This document shows, piece after piece, positions 61,501 to 64,000 of a stretch of DNA of 64,000 nucleotides; position 1 is the stretch's first letter, and every line of letters begins with the position of its first letter. The notes beneath the pieces are model-generated. The model was not told the origin of the DNA and did not search any database. It saw only the letters and a list, made by a program, of their open reading frames with translations. This DNA is from Candidatus Magasanikiibacteriota bacterium (GTDB lineage: Bacteria; Patescibacteriota; Patescibacteriia; Magasanikbacterales; UBA922). The DNA is taken from the NCBI GenBank assembly GCA_016207245.1, contig JACQQA010000005.1, positions 64,068-128,067 on the forward strand. The letters are read 5' to 3'. A program made the translations under genes and the position numbers.

Positions 61501-64000
61501 TTCCATCGCCGGTGCCGTCAGTGTTGTGGAGCAAAGGCAAAGAATCTTGTTTGAACGCGACGATTGCTCTTAAGTTTAATGTGGCGATGAATGAGACGAC
61601 ATTAAATGGCGACACAGTCAAAGCATTTAAGTGCGCAGGCAGTGATAACGCGGCTGATTGCGGAAAGAAAAAAGAACAGGTGCCGGCAACTGATTTGGAA
61701 TTTCAATATCAACAAGCAGACCATGTTTTGAAGATTTGGCGCCAGCCAAAGGCCAGTCAACCGGATATGGAGCCATTCACTTGGTATCAGATTGAACTAT
61801 CAGACAAGATAGAATCAGACCATGCTTTTCAATCAGCCACAGGCGAGAACGTGAAATTAAACGAAAAATTGCAAGCGACAAAACCTTGCGGCGTTGGCAC
61901 CGCCTATTGTTTTAATTTCCGCACCGGAAATGAGATGTGCACGCTCAAAGGCGCGGGGATTATTCCACCGACTTACACTGCGCATTTGCTTGGCTTGATT
62001 TTAGACCCGGCTTATCCGGCCAACAGCGTCCCCATTCACCCGTTATATTATTTCCTCTGGGGCAAGGGCAGCCAGGAGTGCATTGTAATGCCGGTTGATG
62101 GCTTGGGCTGGGAGTGGGGCGTTCCAACTGAAGATGAAAAATGGGCGAGTGTTAAAAAATCACCTTCTTTGGACTATATAGACAGTCGCGCTGAAGTTAC
62201 GGCCAAGAGCGACACCGGTCCGGATGAGGCGAAAATTACCGCGAGTTTGGATAAAGTCGCGATTGTCAGCGAGCAGTCGGATTTTTTGGCTTTGGTTGGG
62301 AAGAAAAACGGATTGAAAGTTGCTTCTTCAACAGATGTGGTAAAAGTGAAAGAGCTGAAACTTGACGACTATATTTTGAAAGACAATTATGAGATTGATA
62401 TAAAATATGTTTTGGACGATATTAGTACTTCCACCGCTGGTTTTATTTTGAAAAAAGAAACTAAAGCCGGCAAACAGATGAATGTTTGGGTGATGAGCCG
62501 ATATATTTTGGCAAAAAGCCCCTTTAGCCAAGTTTATGTATTAGAAAAACAGTACGAAGATGGGGCTAAAGAACGCACTTTCACGTTTACGACCGGAAAT
62601 TATACCGTGAGCCACAAACAAGATTATGCGGCAGGGGCAAGCGGCAATTATATTATCACAAAAGTTAATGGCGAATTATCGTTGGTTGACGCCAAGACCG
62701 GCACAGCAGTGGCAAAGAAAAAAATCGTTGTGGAAATGGAGCCGGAGGATATTATCAGTTTTAAAAAAGCCAATTTGAGTTTGGGAGGATATCTTTCAGC
62801 CGTGCCGCCAAGTTTGTTATATGGAACACTAGAAAAATATTTAGTTAAATTAATGGCGGGAGATAATTTCAATCAGTCAATCACTGCCACCAGCACTTTG
62901 AAAATCAGTTTGTCTGATCCGGAAGTGGTGGAATGGTGGCCGAATTGCCAAGAGGCGTGCATCAACAGCGGCATCGGATTTAAATTTAACGTGGAAATGT
63001 ACAAGCCGGACTATGACCAAAAGAATTTTCTGTTGCAGGAATGCAAAGACGAGACTTGCCAAGGTGATGGCGTTGGAGTAACTTTGGACAAAACTGACAG
63101 CTCCGGTCCATACATCGCCAGATTTGTACCGCATGATCCTTTGAAGCCAAACATATGGTATCGCGTTACTGTCAAAGCCAATGTGCGCGCCAAAGGCGGC
63201 TATGACCCCCAGCCGGACGGCTCCGCGGGCAAGCCGATGAAAGCTGATTTTGTCGGCAAATTTAAAACCAAAAACGACGCGACGCCTTGCGCCATAGATA
63301 GCGTGGAAGTATTCCCGAGTCCGTTCACAGCGTGGTTTATCGGCCAGAAGCAGGCCTACACAGTTATCCCGCGCGGCAAGCCGGACCAATGCGCGCCATT
63401 CGGGCAGGAATTTAATCCTTGGGGTTATGGCTGGGCGTGGGGAACAAAAGATCAGTTGGTAGCATCAGTTACTAAATTCAAATCTCCGACAGCCACGATT
63501 GAAGGGTGTAATTTGGGCTGTCTTTTAACCGGCAGTGATATTACAAAAGACCAGACACCGCCGCCTTTGTGCGGAAACGGCAAGGTTGAAAATGGCGAGG
63601 ATTGCGATTTAGGTGTGGTTGGGGAGACAATAAATGTTAGCTGTACTTCTAATTGTCTGCGGCCGGGCAATAAAGACGCAGTAACTTGCGGTAATGGTGA
63701 AGTTGATTGGCAGAAAGGCGAGGAGTGTGATCCGAAAAAAGAAGGGACAATAAATTGCACGAAAGAATGCCTGTGGACAGGCGCTTATGACGGCGTTGGT
63801 TCGCCGGTTTGCGGCAGCGGCGATGTGACGCCAGGCGTTGGCAAGGATTGCGATATAAAGGACGAAAAAACAAAAATCGGTTGCAACGACAAGTGTCTGC
63901 ACACCGGCACGAACTTATCCAAAGGCTGGTGCATCGGCAACGCGGACAAACTTGTTGGTAACCAAGAATTAACTGACGCCTGTTTGAATACCATCAGCGT
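58548..64000 (+). CDS. Giant surface protein, N-terminal 1817+ aa (3' end beyond the window): pilin-like module, IPT/TIG domains and Cys-rich repeats
   Basis: ATG 58548 is the first start after the in-frame TAG at 58539. The frame stays open to the window end; sampled translations are coherent, and no frame-0 ORF fragment appears in the track. The N-terminal module is a close paralogue of that of 56334. IPT-like segments include PKILDVYPLNGAAGNWITIVGNYFG, IEQIDPESATPGSLITISGKGFG and CKIQPNSGPAPLPNGQFLDIYGINF. CGNG..GE(D/E)CD..C..C Cys-rich repeats lie at about 63560-63900. Confidence 0.8.
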   Translation, partial: MLSRSKRKILLIAVAAIVATGILAFAASVFAQDASLNFGLKPVAEGTGLGGQDIRITIAKIIRAVLGLLGIIALGVMLYGGFMYMTSAGEEEKISTAKKALTNGVIGLVIILSSLALVQFILNKLGEATGMFDTTTEKACLDEEYAFLHPELCQPVEFGDFCTQYPSNQFCCKDDTVFYAKSITPVTDNTGMHNVAVRALFNKNIKIGDAAKVFGIDFGGQDISNKFDYEFLGDNKSGNQIGVQANYKAGAEICDDGTPCLNGGDYKVAVANNLESQDGLPITEKTSCGDFPLNAGFKTPDAGGKVKDETAPVLSAIKINGSTEADQALKPGKVYAMETNVTDNSGFGYLNFKIDKEIAGGGKEQVFGFYDGPTVKHGSDAPEANPYQFIYPLLTDKNPEKLTHYSLEVEAWDIDHNSAKQEISYVLGEQKGTGDTCSADWECDSSQCSGGVCVAQPKILDVYPLNGAAGNWITIVGNYFGDDEGKIEFAYDDNHDGKIDDADTWQKTFPVDCEGEDIWTDNWAIIGVPSDKNLPLGSKSAIRLTRFDSTAELPLLDYSIDNFGPKPGGDGLFEKNNIKRPGLCSVKTVGEGAIPAGAAFGPPGAAVKAMGDALGAGVNSGLFFGGAIDKQTKQLAGGLQASVANGDWTDKLITAKVPNNMANGKVAVYAKVGAESSNGVPFLIDSSSAEDKIPVIEQIDPESATPGSLITISGKGFGYKPGEIYLAQNLNNEIKQCVKAGGLGCIKLNTTLPGECGINWTPTQIIAQVPLYAGIKNYQLILENEWEVASDGQEKFAVIAGKPAPGICKIQPNSGPAPLPNGQFLDIYGINFKNPHENYFWRNGALIKDINTWLSGDEADEEINQEGTHISKVQIPVESGKSMQSGPIKIGTDDKFSNGVKYTVENCQTANKTLSDAMKTSGYQCCTVDGPDNGIWKSSNYICGDEKREGGYVWRFTTGIIPILPQVMEECNEVDWNKPDKIIAFPSPVPSVLWSKGKESCLNATIALKFNVAMNETTLNGDTVKAFKCAGSDNAADCGKKKEQVPATDLEFQYQQADHVLKIWRQPKASQPDMEPFTWYQIELSDKIESDHAFQSATGENVKLNEKLQATKPCGVGTAYCFNFRTGNEMCTLKGAGIIPPTYTAHLLGLILDPAYPANSVPIHPLYYFLWGKGSQECIVMPVDGLGWEWGVPTEDEKWASVKKSPSLDYIDSRAEVTAKSDTGPDEAKITASLDKVAIVSEQSDFLALVGKKNGLKVASSTDVVKVKELKLDDYILKDNYEIDIKYVLDDISTSTAGFILKKETKAGKQMNVWVMSRYILAKSPFSQVYVLEKQYEDGAKERTFTFTTGNYTVSHKQDYAAGASGNYIITKVNGELSLVDAKTGTAVAKKKIVVEMEPEDIISFKKANLSLGGYLSAVPPSLLYGTLEKYLVKLMAGDNFNQSITATSTLKISLSDPEVVEWWPNCQEACINSGIGFKFNVEMYKPDYDQKNFLLQECKDETCQGDGVGVTLDKTDSSGPYIARFVPHDPLKPNIWYRVTVKANVRAKGGYDPQPDGSAGKPMKADFVGKFKTKNDATPCAIDSVEVFPSPFTAWFIGQKQAYTVIPRGKPDQCAPFGQEFNPWGYGWAWGTKDQLVASVTKFKSPTATIEGCNLGCLLTGSDITKDQTPPPLCGNGKVENGEDCDLGVVGETINVSCTSNCLRPGNKDAVTCGNGEVDWQKGEECDPKKEGTINCTKECLWTGAYDGVGSPVCGSGDVTPGVGKDCDIKDEKTKIGCNDKCLHTGTNLSKGWCIGNADKLVGNQELTDACLNTIS

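Overview
This 64-kb segment reads like the chromosome of a small-genome, moderately AT-rich bacterium of the Patescibacteria/CPR type. That placement is inferred from gene content only. The window opens and closes inside giant Cys-rich surface-protein genes. It uses the standard genetic code, with TGA as a stop. Housekeeping genes recognised: topA, a folC-like Mur ligase, dprA, pth, der, an LCP-family protein, recG, a P-type ATPase, lepB, hisS, rpsU, a YqeY-like protein, hsp20, VanW, EamA and comFC. There are five canonical tRNAs: Ser-GCU, Val-CAC, Arg-GCG, Val-GAC and Ile-GAU. Two toxin-antitoxin pairs are present (MNT/HepT and RelE-type). A type-IV-secretion-like gene set spans 7289-22552: VirB6/TrbL-like, PrgI/VirB3-like, a VirB4 split into two ORFs, and a possible VirB8-like protein, ending at comFC. 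Two downstream giant proteins (56334, 58548) carry near-identical T4SS-pilin-like N-terminal modules. Observations most worth a second look: (1) A tRNA-like gene at 34379-34464 has an 8/4 selC/allo-tRNA-type cloverleaf, a Ser-type acceptor stem and an Ile (GAU) anticodon loop. An inverted partial copy with its own promoter and terminator precedes it. (2) A small GIY-YIG gene sits in the tRNA-Ser locus. It is flanked by a decayed duplicate of the tRNA 5' part and by a second GIY-YIG remnant. (3) Two short, visibly GC-rich islands look compositionally foreign: a lipoprotein gene at 5505-5945 and a promoter/leader/two-ORF/terminator cassette at 47960-48574. (4) A roughly 270-nt highly structured orphan transcript unit lies at 29378-29688; I could not identify it. 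(5) Cassettes are nested at the 5' end of ORF 16512, each bounded by a degenerate copy of that gene's start. (6) Several families of short palindromic repeats occur both intergenically and in frame inside recG, hisS, folC and ORF 16512. No CRISPR array, rRNA, transposase or integrase was seen.
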